The notes: a model not told the origin generated them from the letters alone. A stretch of DNA of 36,573 nucleotides from a virus (IMGVR_UViG_2728369393_000013); one strand, 5' to 3'; counted from the first letter of the stretch, positions 10,382-23,768 are shown. Numbers and translations are program-made.

Positions 10382-10955
10382 CGCTTTATTACCATCCTCA
10401 GTTGATGCTGCAGCGCATAGCCCAGCTCTTTCGGAAGACGCTCACGCCGTATCCGCTCAATATTCTGTTTAAACGCCGTGGTCAGCGGCACCGCCATCGG
10501 GATTTTCACCACATCAATGGGGTAACGGTTTTTCCCGGCCACACGCTGCATGACATGCCAGCGGCCATTTTTCAGTTGCTGAATAAACGCGCCGGGAATA
10601 CGACGGTTTCCCACCACAAGCACGCTGCCGCCACCTTTCAGGGCTGAACGCTGCCCTTTTTACGACGCCTGCGTCGGGACAGGACAACCCGCGCGTTACC
10701 CAGCCTGATTACGGGCAAATCCCCCCGGTTAATTTTGATTCTGGCCTGCGGATTTTTGACCGTGGCCCTTTTCAGCCTGGCCCTTTCCTTTACCAGTTTC
10801 CGGTGTACCTTTGTCTCACGGGCAACCTGTGACGCCGACTGCGATATCGCGGATGAAGCAACGCGGTTAATGGCCATTGCGGAGGCACCGGGCACCGCCG
10901 TTTTGCTGATACGGCTGAGGTTTTCAACGGCCTGCTCAAGACCCTGTATGGCCAT
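10378..10955 (-). pseudogene. Z: Lambda gpZ-like tail completion gene, frameshifted (A5 instead of A6 near 10655)
   Basis: ORF 10638-10955 (MAIQGLEQAVENLSRISK...RRRRRKKG) and ORF 10378-10623 (VVGNRRIPGAFIQQLKNGRWHV...) are the two halves in different frames. Confidence 0.8.
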
Positions 10956-10966
10956 ACATCCCCCTT

Positions 10967-11320
10967 TCAGCGGCGACGGTTAACGGCAGGCGGTACGCCC
11001 CGTCCAAGCCAGAGATGACAACTTCCGCCATCATCCGGCGAAACCCGATCTACCCAGAAATTTTCCTCACCGATGGTCAGCGTGTCTCCACGCCGCAGCT
11101 GCCGCACCTCATCAGTCCGGACAAACAGGGACGGGCTGGAGCCTTCAACGCGCACGCCCTGTCCGGCATAGCTGATATTTTCAGGGTCATCAAAAACACC
11201 ACGTATCACCGCACCTGACTGCTCACCGGATGTCATGGTGGCTGACGTTCCCATGTACCCGCGTATCGTTTCATCGGCGCGGGCAATGGCAGCATCGAAC
11301 AGGTTATCGAAATCAGCCAC
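10967..11320 (-). CDS. FII: Lambda gpFII-like head-tail joining protein (117 aa)
   Basis: MADFDNLFDAAIARADETIRGYMGTSA...; synteny. Confidence 0.85.
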   Translation of the reverse strand: MADFDNLFDAAIARADETIRGYMGTSATMTSGEQSGAVIRGVFDDPENISYAGQGVRVEGSSPSLFVRTDEVRQLRRGDTLTIGEENFWVDRVSPDDGGSCHLWLGRGVPPAVNRRR

Positions 11321-11331
11321 AGCGCCTCCCG

Positions 11332-11716
11332 TTATTGCATTCTGGCCAGGCCGCGCTCTGTCATTTCGGCTGCCACACCGGCAGAGACACGAAACGCCGT
11401 TCCCGGCAGCACAAATGCCACAGGTTCATCCCGCGTGACGTGAAGTGCATCAGTATGCAGCTTCACCAGTGCCACGACCGTGACCAGTTCAGACGTATCC
11501 AGAATCACGGTATCCGGCTGCGCTGATCCCACCTCATTTTCATGTCCGGTCAGCACATTTTCCCGGCTGAGAGGGGTGTCCTGACCGGCAGTTTCATCCG
11601 TGTCATCAAGCTCCTCTTCCAGCTCTGCCACACGGAGCGCCAGTTCTTCTTTCGTCCCCGTCAGGCTGACATCACGGTTCAGTTGTTCACCCAGCGAGCG
11701 GAGACGGGCAATCAGT

Positions 11717-11730
<14 letters not shown>
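11332..11730 (-). CDS. FI: Lambda gpFI-like DNA packaging protein (132 aa from MTKDELIARL start)
   Basis: Acidic protein MTKDELIARLRSLGEQLNRDVSLTGTKEELALRVAELEEELDD...; listed ORF has a spurious N-terminal extension across the intergenic hairpin. Confidence 0.8.
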
Positions 11731-14321
<2,591 letters not shown>

Positions 14322-14347
<26 letters not shown>

Positions 14348-14670
14348 TCAGCAACCCCGGTATCAGTTCATCCAGTGCGGCTGCTTTGTTCATGGCTTTG
14401 ATGATATCCCGTTTCAGGAAATCAACATGTCGGTTTTCCAGTTCCGGAAAACGCCGCTGCACCGACAGGGGGATCCCGTCGAGAATACTGGCAATTTCAC
14501 CTGCGATCCGCGACAGCACGAAAGTACAGAATGCGGTTTCCACCACTTCAGCGGAGTCTCTGGCATTCTTCAGCTCCTGTGCGTCGGCCTGCGCACGCGT
14601 AAGTCGATGGCGTTCGTACTCAATAGTCCCTGGCTGGAGATCTGTCTCGCTGTCCTGCCTCAGTTCTTCA
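14322..14670 (-). pseudogene. Nu1: Terminase small subunit Nu1, C-terminal part, separated from its N-terminus by IS66-family insertion
   Basis: ...EELRQDSETDLQPGTIEYERHRLTRAQADAQELKNARD... continues the frame interrupted at 17203. Confidence 0.8.
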
Positions 14671-14755
14671 GTAAGCGTAAACTGACCGCCGTATGTAGCC
14701 ATCAGACGAGAATTGGTAACTTAGACGCCCATCTGATATAGACGGACATCTAAGT

Positions 14756-15181
14756 ATGGAATTACAGGACTGGCGAAAAGAACCTCGTAAAAACTATTCG
14801 AATGAATTCAAACTTCGTATGGTGGAACTGGCATCACAACCTGGAGCTTGTGTTGCACAGATTGCACGTGAAAATGGCGTCAATGATAATGTTATTTTCA
14901 AATGGCTCAGGCTCTGGCAGAACGAAGGGCGTGTTTCGCGGCGTCTTCCGGTAACGACCTCTTCTGACACTGGCGTTGAATTATTACCTGTAGAAATAAC
15001 GCCGGATGAGCAGAAAGAACCTGTGGCGGCCATTGCGCCGTCTTTATCCACTTCCACTCAGACCAGAGTCAGTGCCAGTTCCTGCAAGGTGGAATTCCGT
15101 CACGGTAACATGACGCTGGAAAATCCATCGCCAGAGCTGCTCACGGTGTTGATCCGTGAACTGACCGGGAGGGGAAGATGA
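14756..15181 (+). CDS. IS66-family accessory protein Orf1 (TnpA-like), 141 aa
   Basis: First ORF of IS66-type operon, overlaps next ORF by ATGA. Confidence 0.75.
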   Translation: MELQDWRKEPRKNYSNEFKLRMVELASQPGACVAQIARENGVNDNVIFKWLRLWQNEGRVSRRLPVTTSSDTGVELLPVEITPDEQKEPVAAIAPSLSTSTQTRVSASSCKVEFRHGNMTLENPSPELLTVLIRELTGRGR

Positions 15182-15528
15182 TCTCACTCCCATCAGGTAC
15201 CCGTATCTGGCTCGTTGCCGGCGTTACCGATATGCGTAAATCCTTCAACGGACTGGGAGAACAGGTACAACATGTGCTGAATGATAATCCCTTCTCCGGT
15301 CACCTGTTTATCTTCCGTGGCCGACGGGGTGACACCGTCAAAATTCTTTGGGCTGATGCTGATGGTCTGTGCCTGTTCACCAAACGCCTGGAGGAAGGCC
15401 AGTTTATCTGGCCTGCGGTACGTGACGGCAAGGTATCCATTACCCGCTCGCAACTGGCAATGCTCCTCGATAAGCTGGACTGGCGTCAGCCAAAAACATC
15501 CAGCCGTAACTCACTGACAATGTTGTAA
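15178..15528 (+). CDS. IS66-family Orf2 (TnpB-like), 116 aa
   Basis: Conserved IS66 Orf2 sequence (ISLPSGTRIWLVAGVTDMRKSFNGL...). Confidence 0.8.
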   Translation: MISLPSGTRIWLVAGVTDMRKSFNGLGEQVQHVLNDNPFSGHLFIFRGRRGDTVKILWADADGLCLFTKRLEEGQFIWPAVRDGKVSITRSQLAMLLDKLDWRQPKTSSRNSLTML

Positions 15529-15558
15529 AAAACTCCTGACCGCATTATAAAAACGGTC

Positions 15559-17172
15559 ATGAGTCAGAAATACCTCATTCGCATCGCAGAGCTGGAAAGA
15601 TTGCTCTCTGAGCAGGCTGAAGCCCTCCGTCAGAAAGACCAGCAACTGAGTCTGGTTGAAGAGACGGAAGCCTTCCTGCGCTCTGCACTGACACGTGCCG
15701 AAGAAAAGATCGAAGAAGATGAACGGGAAATAGAACATCTGCGGGCTCAGATAGAAAAACTGCGCCGGATGCTGTTCGGTACCCGTTCTGAAAAACTGCG
15801 TCGTGAAGTTGAACTGGCTGAGGCTCTGCTGAAACAACGTGAACAGGACAGCGATCGTTACAGTGGGCGGGAAGACGATCCTCAGGTTCCCCGCCAGTTG
15901 CGACAGTCGCGCCATCGTCGTCCGTTACCGGCACACCTTCCCCGAGAAATACACCGCCTGGAGCCAGAAGAAAGCTGTTGCCCGGAGTGTGGCGGTGAGC
16001 TGGATTATCTGGGGGAAGTCAGCGCTGAACAGCTGGAACTGGTGAGCAGTGCCCTGAAAGTGATCCGCACAGAACGGGTAAAAAAAGCCTGTACAAAATG
16101 TGACTGTATTGTTGAAGCACCGGCGCCGTCCCGCCCGATAGAGCGTGGTATCGCGGGCCCCGGATTACTTGCCCGCGTGTTAACGGGAAAATACTGCGAA
16201 CATCTGCCACTGTATCGTCAGAGTGAAATCTTTGCCCGCCAGGGTGTCGAACTGAGCCGGGCCTTACTCTCCAACTGGGTTGACGCGTGCTGCCAGTTAA
16301 TGACACCGGTGAATGATGCCCTGTACCGTTATGTAATGAACACCCGCAAGGTTCACACTGATGACACACCGGTAAAGGTACTGGCACCGGGTCAGAAAAA
16401 GGCGAAAACAGGGCGTATCTGGACGTATGTCCGGGATGATCGCAATGTGGGTTCGTCATCTCCTCCAGCGGTCTGGTTCGCGTACTCGCCGAACCGGCAG
16501 GGGAAACACCCGGAGCAACACCTCCGCCCCTTCCGGGGTATCCTGCAGGCGGATGCGTTCACAGGTTACGACAGGTTGTTCAGTGCAGAACGTGAAGGTG
16601 GTGCACTGACAGAAGTTGCGTGCTGGGCCCATGCCCGGCGAAAAATCCACGATGTATACATCAGCAGCAAAAGTGCGACGGCAGAAGAAGCCCTGAAGCG
16701 AATCAGTGAACTGTACGCCATCGAGGATGAAATACGGGGATTACCGGAGTCAGAGCGTCTTGCCGTCAGGCAGCAGCGAAGCAAAGTGTTACTGACGTCG
16801 CTGCATGAATGGATGGTGGAGAAGAATGGTACGCTGTCGAAAAAATCCAGACTGGGCGAAGCGTTCAGCTATGTACTGAATCAGTGGGATGCCCTCTGTT
16901 ATTACAGTGATGACGGTCTGGCGGAGGCGGATAATAATGCTGCGGAAAGAGCGCTTCGTGCAGTCTGTCTCGGAAAGAAAAAGTTTATGTTCTTTGGCAG
17001 CGATCACGGCGGCGAGCGTGGAGCACTGTTGTACGGGCTGATCGGCACCTGCCGTCTGAACGGTATCGATCCGGAAGCGTATCTGCGCCATATCCTGAGC
17101 GTACTGCCGGAATGGCCTTCCAACCGAGTTGATGAACTCCTGCCATGGAACGTAGTACTCACCAATAAATAA
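15559..17172 (+). CDS. IS66-family transposase Orf3 (TnpC), 537 aa
   Basis: N-terminal coiled coil, CxxC...CxxC zinc motif (CPECGG...CTKCDC), DDE-type core; stop 30 bp before right IR. Confidence 0.85.
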   Translation: MSQKYLIRIAELERLLSEQAEALRQKDQQLSLVEETEAFLRSALTRAEEKIEEDEREIEHLRAQIEKLRRMLFGTRSEKLRREVELAEALLKQREQDSDRYSGREDDPQVPRQLRQSRHRRPLPAHLPREIHRLEPEESCCPECGGELDYLGEVSAEQLELVSSALKVIRTERVKKACTKCDCIVEAPAPSRPIERGIAGPGLLARVLTGKYCEHLPLYRQSEIFARQGVELSRALLSNWVDACCQLMTPVNDALYRYVMNTRKVHTDDTPVKVLAPGQKKAKTGRIWTYVRDDRNVGSSSPPAVWFAYSPNRQGKHPEQHLRPFRGILQADAFTGYDRLFSAEREGGALTEVACWAHARRKIHDVYISSKSATAEEALKRISELYAIEDEIRGLPESERLAVRQQRSKVLLTSLHEWMVEKNGTLSKKSRLGEAFSYVLNQWDALCYYSDDGLAEADNNAAERALRAVCLGKKKFMFFGSDHGGERGALLYGLIGTCRLNGIDPEAYLRHILSVLPEWPSNRVDELLPWNVVLTNK

Positions 17173-17202
17173 GCGTCAATACGGTGCTCCGTTGACGCTT
17201 AC

Positions 17203-17407
17203 GTTCTTCAACTTCCCGGCGCAGCTTTTCGTTCTCAATTTCAGCATCCCTTTCGGCATACCATTTTATGGCGGCGGCAGAGTCATAAAGTACCTCATTA
17301 CCCTTGCCACCACCCCGCAGAACGGGCATTCCCTGCTCCTGCCAGTTCTGAATGGTACGGATACTCGCGCCGAAAATGTCAGCCAGCTGCTTTTTGTTGA
17401 CTTCCAT
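17203..17407 (-). pseudogene. Nu1: Terminase small subunit Nu1, N-terminal part (winged-helix DNA-binding domain) up to IS66 junction
   Basis: MEVNKKQLADIFGASIRTIQNWQEQGMPVLRGGGKGNEVLYDSAA...EKLRREVEE then reads into the IS. Confidence 0.8.
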
Positions 17408-17584
17408 TGTTCATTCCACGGACAAAAACAGAGAAAGGAAACGACAGAGGCCAAAAAGCCCGTTTTCAGCACCTGTCGTTTCCTTTCTTTTCAGGGGGTG
17501 TTTTAAATAAAAACATTAGGTTACGGCGAAGAAGAACGGAAACGCCTTAAACCGGAAAATTTTCATAAATAGTGAAAAACCGCG

Positions 17585-17596
17585 AGGTCGCCGCCC
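17585..17596 (-). other. Lambda-type cosN cohesive-end site (12-nt overhang sequence GGGCGGCGACCT on minus strand), with cosB/cosQ-like flanks about 17410-17700
   Basis: Plus strand AGGTCGCCGCCC preceded by CGCGAGG and followed by CGTAACCTGTCGGATC, the reverse complement of the lambda cos junction as recalled; lies upstream of Nu1. Confidence 0.8.
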
Positions 17597-17795
17597 CGTA
17601 ACCTGTCGGATCGCCGGAAAGGACCCGCAAAATGATAATAATTATCATCTACATGTCACAACGTGCATCTACGCCATCAAACCACGTCAAATAATCAATT
17701 ATGACGCAGGTATCGTATTAATTGATCTGCATCAACTTAACGTAAAAACAACTTCAGACAATACAAATCAGCGACACTGAATACGGGGCAACCTC

Positions 17796-17990
17796 ATGTC
17801 AACGAAGAACAGAACCTGCAGAACAACAACCCGCAACATCCGCTTTCCTAACCAAATGATTGAACAAATTAACATCGCTCTTGAGCAAAAAGGGTCTGGG
17901 AATTTCTCAGCCTGGGTCATTGAAGCCTGCCGTCGGAGACTAACGTCAGAAAAGAGAGCATATACATCAATCCAAAGTGATGATGGATGA
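17796..17990 (+). CDS. Small ribbon-helix-helix (Arc/CopG-like) DNA-binding protein, 64 aa
   Basis: RNIRFPNQMIEQINIALEQKGSGNFSAWVIEACRRRL matches beta-strand/helix/helix pattern of Arc-type repressors. Confidence 0.45.
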   Translation: MSTKNRTCRTTTRNIRFPNQMIEQINIALEQKGSGNFSAWVIEACRRRLTSEKRAYTSIQSDDG

Positions 17991-18240
17991 ACATCCCGGT
18001 TTCTTTACCTCCCCTCCCACCCCGCACAGGACTGGCGAGCGTGTGGGACAAATATGTGAGTCATAAACGCCTTATCCTCAGAAATGCAGTTGGCATCCGA
18101 ACAGGACGATATTGTAAATTCACCTAATTACGAGGCATTGCAGTAGTTGAATTGTAGTTCTGTATTAGCCTGACAGTGACAGAATGCGATATTGACTCTG
18201 TCACAGGTGAAATAGTTTGAATGGTTAGCAGTTATGGTGA

Positions 18241-18447
18241 TCAGTCAACCACCAGGGAATAATCCTTCGAATTCTTATCGTGCTTCACCAACGCTGCCTC
18301 AATTGCCCTGAATGCTTCCAGAGACACTTGATGTTCTATACATGCAATTACAACATCCGGATAACTCATAGAAATGGTGCTAGTGAGCATAGTTTTTACA
18401 CGGACCTGATCCAGGGATGAGTCATCAGTGTATTGATCTTTATGCAT
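18241..18447 (-). CDS. Hypothetical small prophage protein (68 aa)
   Basis: ORF only; position corresponds to ynfO/ydfO region of Qin-type prophages. Confidence 0.35.
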   Translation of the reverse strand: MHKDQYTDDSSLDQVRVKTMLTSTISMSYPDVVIACIEHQVSLEAFRAIEAALVKHDKNSKDYSLVVD

Positions 18448-18742
18448 TTTGTCGCTCCATGCGTTTGCTCTTCACTTGCGGCTAAAAATATAACGTCAAA
18501 TCACTCAGCATGAAAGTGTGAAAGTTTCAGCGCGTTTCCCTTACATAATCTGTCGTTTGTATTCTCTCCAGGCATACCGAAAAGACTAGGTATTGTCACA
18601 CAACCAATACCACCGACTATCGAGATTTATATCTATTCGGTAATGTTTAAATATAACAAAACCCCGTAAAAACGAGGTTTATGGGTAAATTGTATTGTTG
18701 AATAGCATCTGACAAGAAATTGATGCTAATACTATAAACAGA

Positions 18743-18919
18743 CTAGATTAAATCAATCTTGATATCATAGCTTTCAAGACCAGTCATTTTTTCCCGTGCA
18801 GTAAACTGGATACTGGTAACTTCTTTCCCGGTCTTTTTCTTAAGCTCAATGATTTTTTTTGTTATATATTCAGAAATATCTGCTTCTGTTTTTGTTTTTA
18901 ACTCTTCAATGTTCATCAT
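18743..18919 (-). CDS. gnsB: GnsA/GnsB-family small protein (about 57 aa)
   Basis: MNIEELKTKTEADISEYITKKIIELKKKTGKEVTSIQFTAREKMTGLESYDIKI resembles GnsB; AGAGGA SD before tandem ATGs at 18919/18916. Confidence 0.7.
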   Translation of the reverse strand: MMNIEELKTKTEADISEYITKKIIELKKKTGKEVTSIQFTAREKMTGLESYDIKIDLI

Positions 18920-19088
18920 TTCCTCTTTTAGTCTGTTATGACTTTCCTGGTACACAGTAGTGTCAATTATATGGAGCAAACGTATAAAAGATAAGATGAA
19001 ACATCGCAATAATCAACATACGACGGTCTAAATTTCACACAAACAGATAAAGATGATTATCATTTATTATCAATGCATTAGAATCAAA

Positions 19089-19319
19089 TCAATTCAAGAG
19101 TCTCATTGCTGCTTCCAGAATTTCTTCTGAAGTTACATGTCGATCCGCTGCTACATAAATGACTTTATGATCTCCGGTCAGAGATGGAAACCCTGCAGCC
19201 ATTACAGTGAGGTGTGTTGTTTCGCCATTTGGATATTCACGCATGATGGTGTTAACTCCGGTCATCACTGGCACTACCATTGCTGGTTCAGAGTTAAAAA
19301 AAACTATTATTTTTTTCAT
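19089..19319 (-). CDS. YnfN-like small prophage protein
   Basis: ORF with start assumed at MKKIIVFF; synteny between gnsB and cspI. Confidence 0.4.
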   Translation of the reverse strand: MKKIIVFFNSEPAMVVPVMTGVNTIMREYPNGETTHLTVMAAGFPSLTGDHKVIYVAADRHVTSEEILEAAMRLLN

Positions 19320-19365
19320 AATGTTACCGTAATATGTGAGTATCCATCGACTAGACACTAAGCAA

Positions 19366-19390
19366 AAAAGCTCCCGAAGGAGCCTTCATT
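19366..19390 (-). terminator. Rho-independent terminator (minus strand) downstream of cspI
   Basis: Plus AAAAAAGCTCCCGAAGGAGC: on minus strand a GCTCC/GGAGC hairpin followed by T6. Confidence 0.55.
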
Positions 19391-19590
19391 TTCACTTTCT
19401 TAAATCTAACGACAGACGGCTAACATTTAAGTATTGTGAAATATTATCAAATGCAATCATCATTGATTTACAAAAGATACATTTTGCCCCGAAAGGATTC
19501 CTGTCAGAAACATCAAAAGATGATGTTCTATACTGAGAACCATGGCAACACGGGCATCTAAAGTGAATATGGTTTGTAATATTTTCTACC

Positions 19591-19803
19591 TCAAAGTGCC
19601 ACAACATGAACAGCCGCGGGGCCTTTAGGTCCGTTCTCAATACCAAATTCGACTTCCTGATTCTCAGTTAACGTTTTGAAATCGTTGCTCTGAATAGCTG
19701 AGAAATGGACAAACACATCTTTGCTACCATCTTTCGGCGTGATGAAACCAAAACCTTTTTCAGGGTTAAACCATTTCACTAAACCAGTCATTTTGTTAGA
19801 CAT
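19591..19803 (-). CDS. cspI: Cold shock protein, CspA family (70 aa)
   Basis: [38 protein letters not shown]... canonical CSD with RNP motifs. Confidence 0.9.
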   Translation of the reverse strand: MSNKMTGLVKWFNPEKGFGFITPKDGSKDVFVHFSAIQSNDFKTLTENQEVEFGIENGPKGPAAVHVVAL

Positions 19804-20166
19804 CATTATTACCTTTTGAAGAAGTTAGCCCTTGGGCAGAATGGTCCGAAAAAAAATATCAGAGAGAAAAACCAACAAGGAAATCTCAAGAGGTACAAAT
19901 AATAAAATTATAACAATGACTGCTTCAGATAATTTTGTAACAAACCAGAACACCATTAACGCATGATTAACCAACCATAGCAAGGATTACTTTTGTAAAG
20001 AAAAACACACGAATGAAACAATAGCTTTATTTATTAATAAAACGTGTCATTCTGTCTAATGACCTTTTATCTTACCCTTAAGATTTCAAGGATTTTGACT
20101 CATGGAAGAGTCCTTTTTATTTAAATTTCACATTCAGCGCTAAAAATAATCCGATTTAATATTAAT

Positions 20167-21194
<1,028 letters not shown>

Positions 21195-21307
21195 GGATAT
21201 TTATCAGGATTTATCGGCTTCAAATCCCCGGATATGTTAAATCTTACCTCACCAGTGATGGGCACTGGCGGGAGGAGGATGTCAATCTGATAAACACAGA
21301 GGCGACT

Positions 21308-21568
21308 ATGGATTACACAAATCTACCAAAACAAACTTTTGCTGATTTAATCGCACTCAGGCAAGCAGTCGTAGCTCTAATCAACTTGTTGCCGGAGAAG
21401 GAAAAGGAATTAGTTAAAGCGCTTCTTAACAGAACTGCCGCCGATTTTTCATCATATCCACTGACAGATGACCTTGCGGACCTTCCTGAATTAATTGCAG
21501 CGTCCGCCAATAAGCTTACTGAAGAGATTTACCCTCCTCAAAAATCTTCACAAAATTCCTGCGAGTAA
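21308..21568 (+). CDS. Hypothetical small acidic protein (86 aa) on opposite strand inside lysis cassette
   Basis: ATG preceded by GAGG; followed 20 bp downstream by strong hairpin plus T8 terminator. Confidence 0.4.
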   Translation: MDYTNLPKQTFADLIALRQAVVALINLLPEKEKELVKALLNRTAADFSSYPLTDDLADLPELIAASANKLTEEIYPPQKSSQNSCE

Positions 21569-22088
21569 CTTCAATGCAATAATCGTAAAACGCCGCAAAC
21601 TGCTCATCGCGGCGTTTTTTTTCATCTTCAGAAGGAATCAGCACCGACAATTTTTTATTCAGATCAGCGACGCTGCCCTCCAGTTTTTCAATGGGCGATT
21701 CAATATCATCTTTTTCTGACCGCAATGCCGTCGGTGGCGTCTTCAGAGAACCAGTAATTCTTCCCGGTAGCTTTCCTTTGTAGGTTATCCACACATTCTG
21801 CGCCTCTAAAATTATGGGGCGCTTTTCCGGCGACTGCTCATCCCCTTCACATAACCCGGCAGCAACATCCAGGAAGACCTGTCTGATGCTCCTTCTGGCT
21901 GCTGCCTCATAAAACTCCAGCGCGGCACCTTCAACACGGTCCAGCGAGATGTCCAAGTCAAAAATTTCACCGTCAAAGTGTTTTTTGTCCCGTAAGGCTA
22001 CAGTTACCGCCACTTTATTCTCAAAATTGCGAACTCCTTTCACAACCAGTTCATAGTCTTGAGTCATTGGATTACTCTCTTCTCGCAA
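21516..22088 (-). CDS. Hypothetical protein between holin and endolysin (190 aa as listed; YdfR-position gene)
   Basis: Long ORF in lysis operon orientation overlapping holin stop; start uncertain (M1 or M8); 3' coding overlaps terminator hairpin. Confidence 0.45.
   Translation of the reverse strand: MREESNPMTQDYELVVKGVRNFENKVAVTVALRDKKHFDGEIFDLDISLDRVEGAALEFYEAAARRSIRQVFLDVAAGLCEGDEQSPEKRPIILEAQNVWITYKGKLPGRITGSLKTPPTALRSEKDDIESPIEKLEGSVADLNKKLSVLIPSEDEKKRRDEQFAAFYDYCIEVTRRNFVKIFEEGKSLQ
21590..21626 (+). terminator. Rho-independent terminator (hairpin ACGCCGC...GCGGCGT followed by T8), potentially bidirectional
   Basis: AAAACGCCGCAAACTGCTCATCGCGGCGTTTTTTTT seen directly. Confidence 0.65.
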
Positions 22089-22287
22089 CCTTACGCCTGT
22101 CTTCTTTAATCTTGAAATAAAGGTTTGTCAGATATGTCAGCAGGCCAAAAACCAGACTACCCAGCACACCGATTGCAGCCCACTGTGACGGAGTTACTTT
22201 ATCGAGTAACTGCAATGCCCAGAAACCAGCATTACCAGCCGATGTGCCATAGGCGATACCTGTTGTTAACTTATCCATTGATTTCAT
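22072..22287 (-). CDS. essQ: Lambdoid class II holin (71 aa)
   Basis: [66 protein letters not shown]: two TM segments, charged C-terminus. Confidence 0.8.
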   Translation of the reverse strand: MKSMDKLTTGIAYGTSAGNAGFWALQLLDKVTPSQWAAIGVLGSLVFGLLTYLTNLYFKIKEDRRKVARRE

Positions 22288-22505
22288 ATCCTCACCCCGA
22301 TGTACACAGATGGTGCAATATGTTTGAAAAGATCGGAGTCTATGGGTTAGTTTTTATAGCAAACGTTGTTCTCAACGGCGCTAAAAAACAGACACATTAA
22401 AAATGTGGGTAATTATTTTAAAAGAAAATCATATATTAAATAATAATACGAGATATGTTTTCATATTTAGTGTACTGTATACGGCCATTTATACAGGAAA
22501 AGCCT

Positions 22506-22676
22506 ATGTCAGAACGTAAAGACTCAAAATCACGCCGTAATTATCTCGTTAAATGTTCCTGCCCAAACTGCACCCAAGAGTCAGAACACAGTTTTTCAAG
22601 AGTACAAAAAGGTGCTCTTTTGATCTGCCCTCATTGCAACAAAGTATTCCAGACAAATCTTAAAGCTGTAGCTTGA
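22506..22676 (+). CDS. Small zinc-ribbon protein (56 aa, CxxC...CxxC)
   Basis: MSERKDSKSRRNYLVKCSCPNCTQESEHSFSRVQKGALLICPHCNKVF; AGGA SD upstream of ATG at 22506. Confidence 0.45.
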   Translation: MSERKDSKSRRNYLVKCSCPNCTQESEHSFSRVQKGALLICPHCNKVFQTNLKAVA

Positions 22677-22735
22677 TTGATTTTATTCGTAACAAGTATT
22701 TTTTATATTTTAATAACATATTTAAAGCAGATAAT

Positions 22736-22760
22736 AAAAAACCCGCCTGAGCGGGTTTAA
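22736..22760 (-). terminator. Rho-independent terminator for cspB (minus strand; weaker on plus)
   Basis: AAAAACCCGCCTGAGCGGGTTT: CCCGC/GCGGG stem with T-run on minus strand. Confidence 0.65.
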
Positions 22761-23039
22761 TATTGTGGTGCTTTTTGTGGGAGTCATCCACTTACGCACT
22801 TTGTTTTGCTATGCTAGCAGTTAGCTTCTGCTGTAAAACTATTCATGCAGCAAACCTGCACTTCACCACAATGGTTAGCATACTTTTCCTGATTAAGTTA
22901 TTGCCAAATATGCTGGCCATTGTTTCATGTATTGGATCTCCTTACTATTTATTAAAGAGATCCAATATTCACCACTCTGTCTGTATCTCCACTCAGGCAT
23001 CAGCCTTCTTCGTTATCGTATACAGACAAACTATTAATT

Positions 23040-23255
23040 TTAATCAGTAATTATGACATTTGCTGCTGCAGGACCTTTAGCACCACTCTCTACAGAGAAG
23101 GTAACCTTTTGACCTTCAAATAAGGTTCGAAAATTATCATTCTGAATCGCAGAAAAATGCACAAACACATCTTTACTACCATCAACAGGAGAAATAAAGC
23201 CAAAACCTTTATCAGCGTTAAACCATTTTACTAAACCAGTCATTTTATTTGACAT
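23040..23255 (-). CDS. cspB: Cold shock protein CspB-like (71 aa)
   Basis: [53 protein letters not shown]... Confidence 0.9.
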   Translation of the reverse strand: MSNKMTGLVKWFNADKGFGFISPVDGSKDVFVHFSAIQNDNFRTLFEGQKVTFSVESGAKGPAAANVIITD

Positions 23256-23555
23256 TCTACATTCCTTAACTTGAGCCTTTCGGCATAAATGGCTTGTATA
23301 ACAGAAACGACTTCGTACTTAATTGGAGAGACTCAAAGAAGGAATAAGTGAATAACACCTGAAATGAGAACTGCTTTAGTAAACTACTTCGTATATCGTC
23401 TGTTCTTCAAACCGACGCAATCATTAACGCATAGTTGAACATATGAAGCAATGTTTATTTTAGACATCCAGCCATCTTCAACCCCATCAAAAAACTATAG
23501 CTTTCTTCAGGAACGTGTGTATAGTGCGCCAAGTTATCAGTATTAAGGAATTTTT

Positions 23556-23768
23556 TTGTCCCGTAAAATGACAGGAATTGTCAAAACCTTTGACGGCAAA
23601 AGCGGCAAGGGTCTTATCACCCCATCCGATGGTCGTATCGATGTCCAGCTTCATGTTTCAGCGCTCAATCTCCGCGATGCAGAAGAAATTACCACCGGAT
23701 TACGCGTGGAATTTTGCCGGATAAATGCTCTGCGTGGCCCTTCAGCTGCCAATGTTTACCTTTCATGA
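23556..23768 (+). CDS. cspF: Cold shock domain protein CspF/CspH-like (70 aa)
   Basis: [41 protein letters not shown]...; divergent from cspB as in Qin. Confidence 0.85.
   Translation: MSRKMTGIVKTFDGKSGKGLITPSDGRIDVQLHVSALNLRDAEEITTGLRVEFCRINALRGPSAANVYLS

Larger units (their letters stand above)
14671..17202 (+). mobile_element. IS66-family insertion sequence (2532 bp) with 8-bp target site duplication GTTCTTCA (14663-14670 and 17203-17210)
   Basis: Terminal inverted repeats beginning GTAAGCGT at both ends; three ORFs in the IS66 arrangement; exact 8-bp direct repeat flanks. Confidence 0.85.

Noticed and set aside
19392-19646. 84-aa minus-strand ORF
   Set aside because: Overlaps the cspI 3' end and its terminator in another frame; likely spurious
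22763-23050. 95-aa plus-strand ORF
   Set aside because: Lies in the cspB 3' region and terminator on the opposite strand; hydrophobic low-complexity translation, no SD
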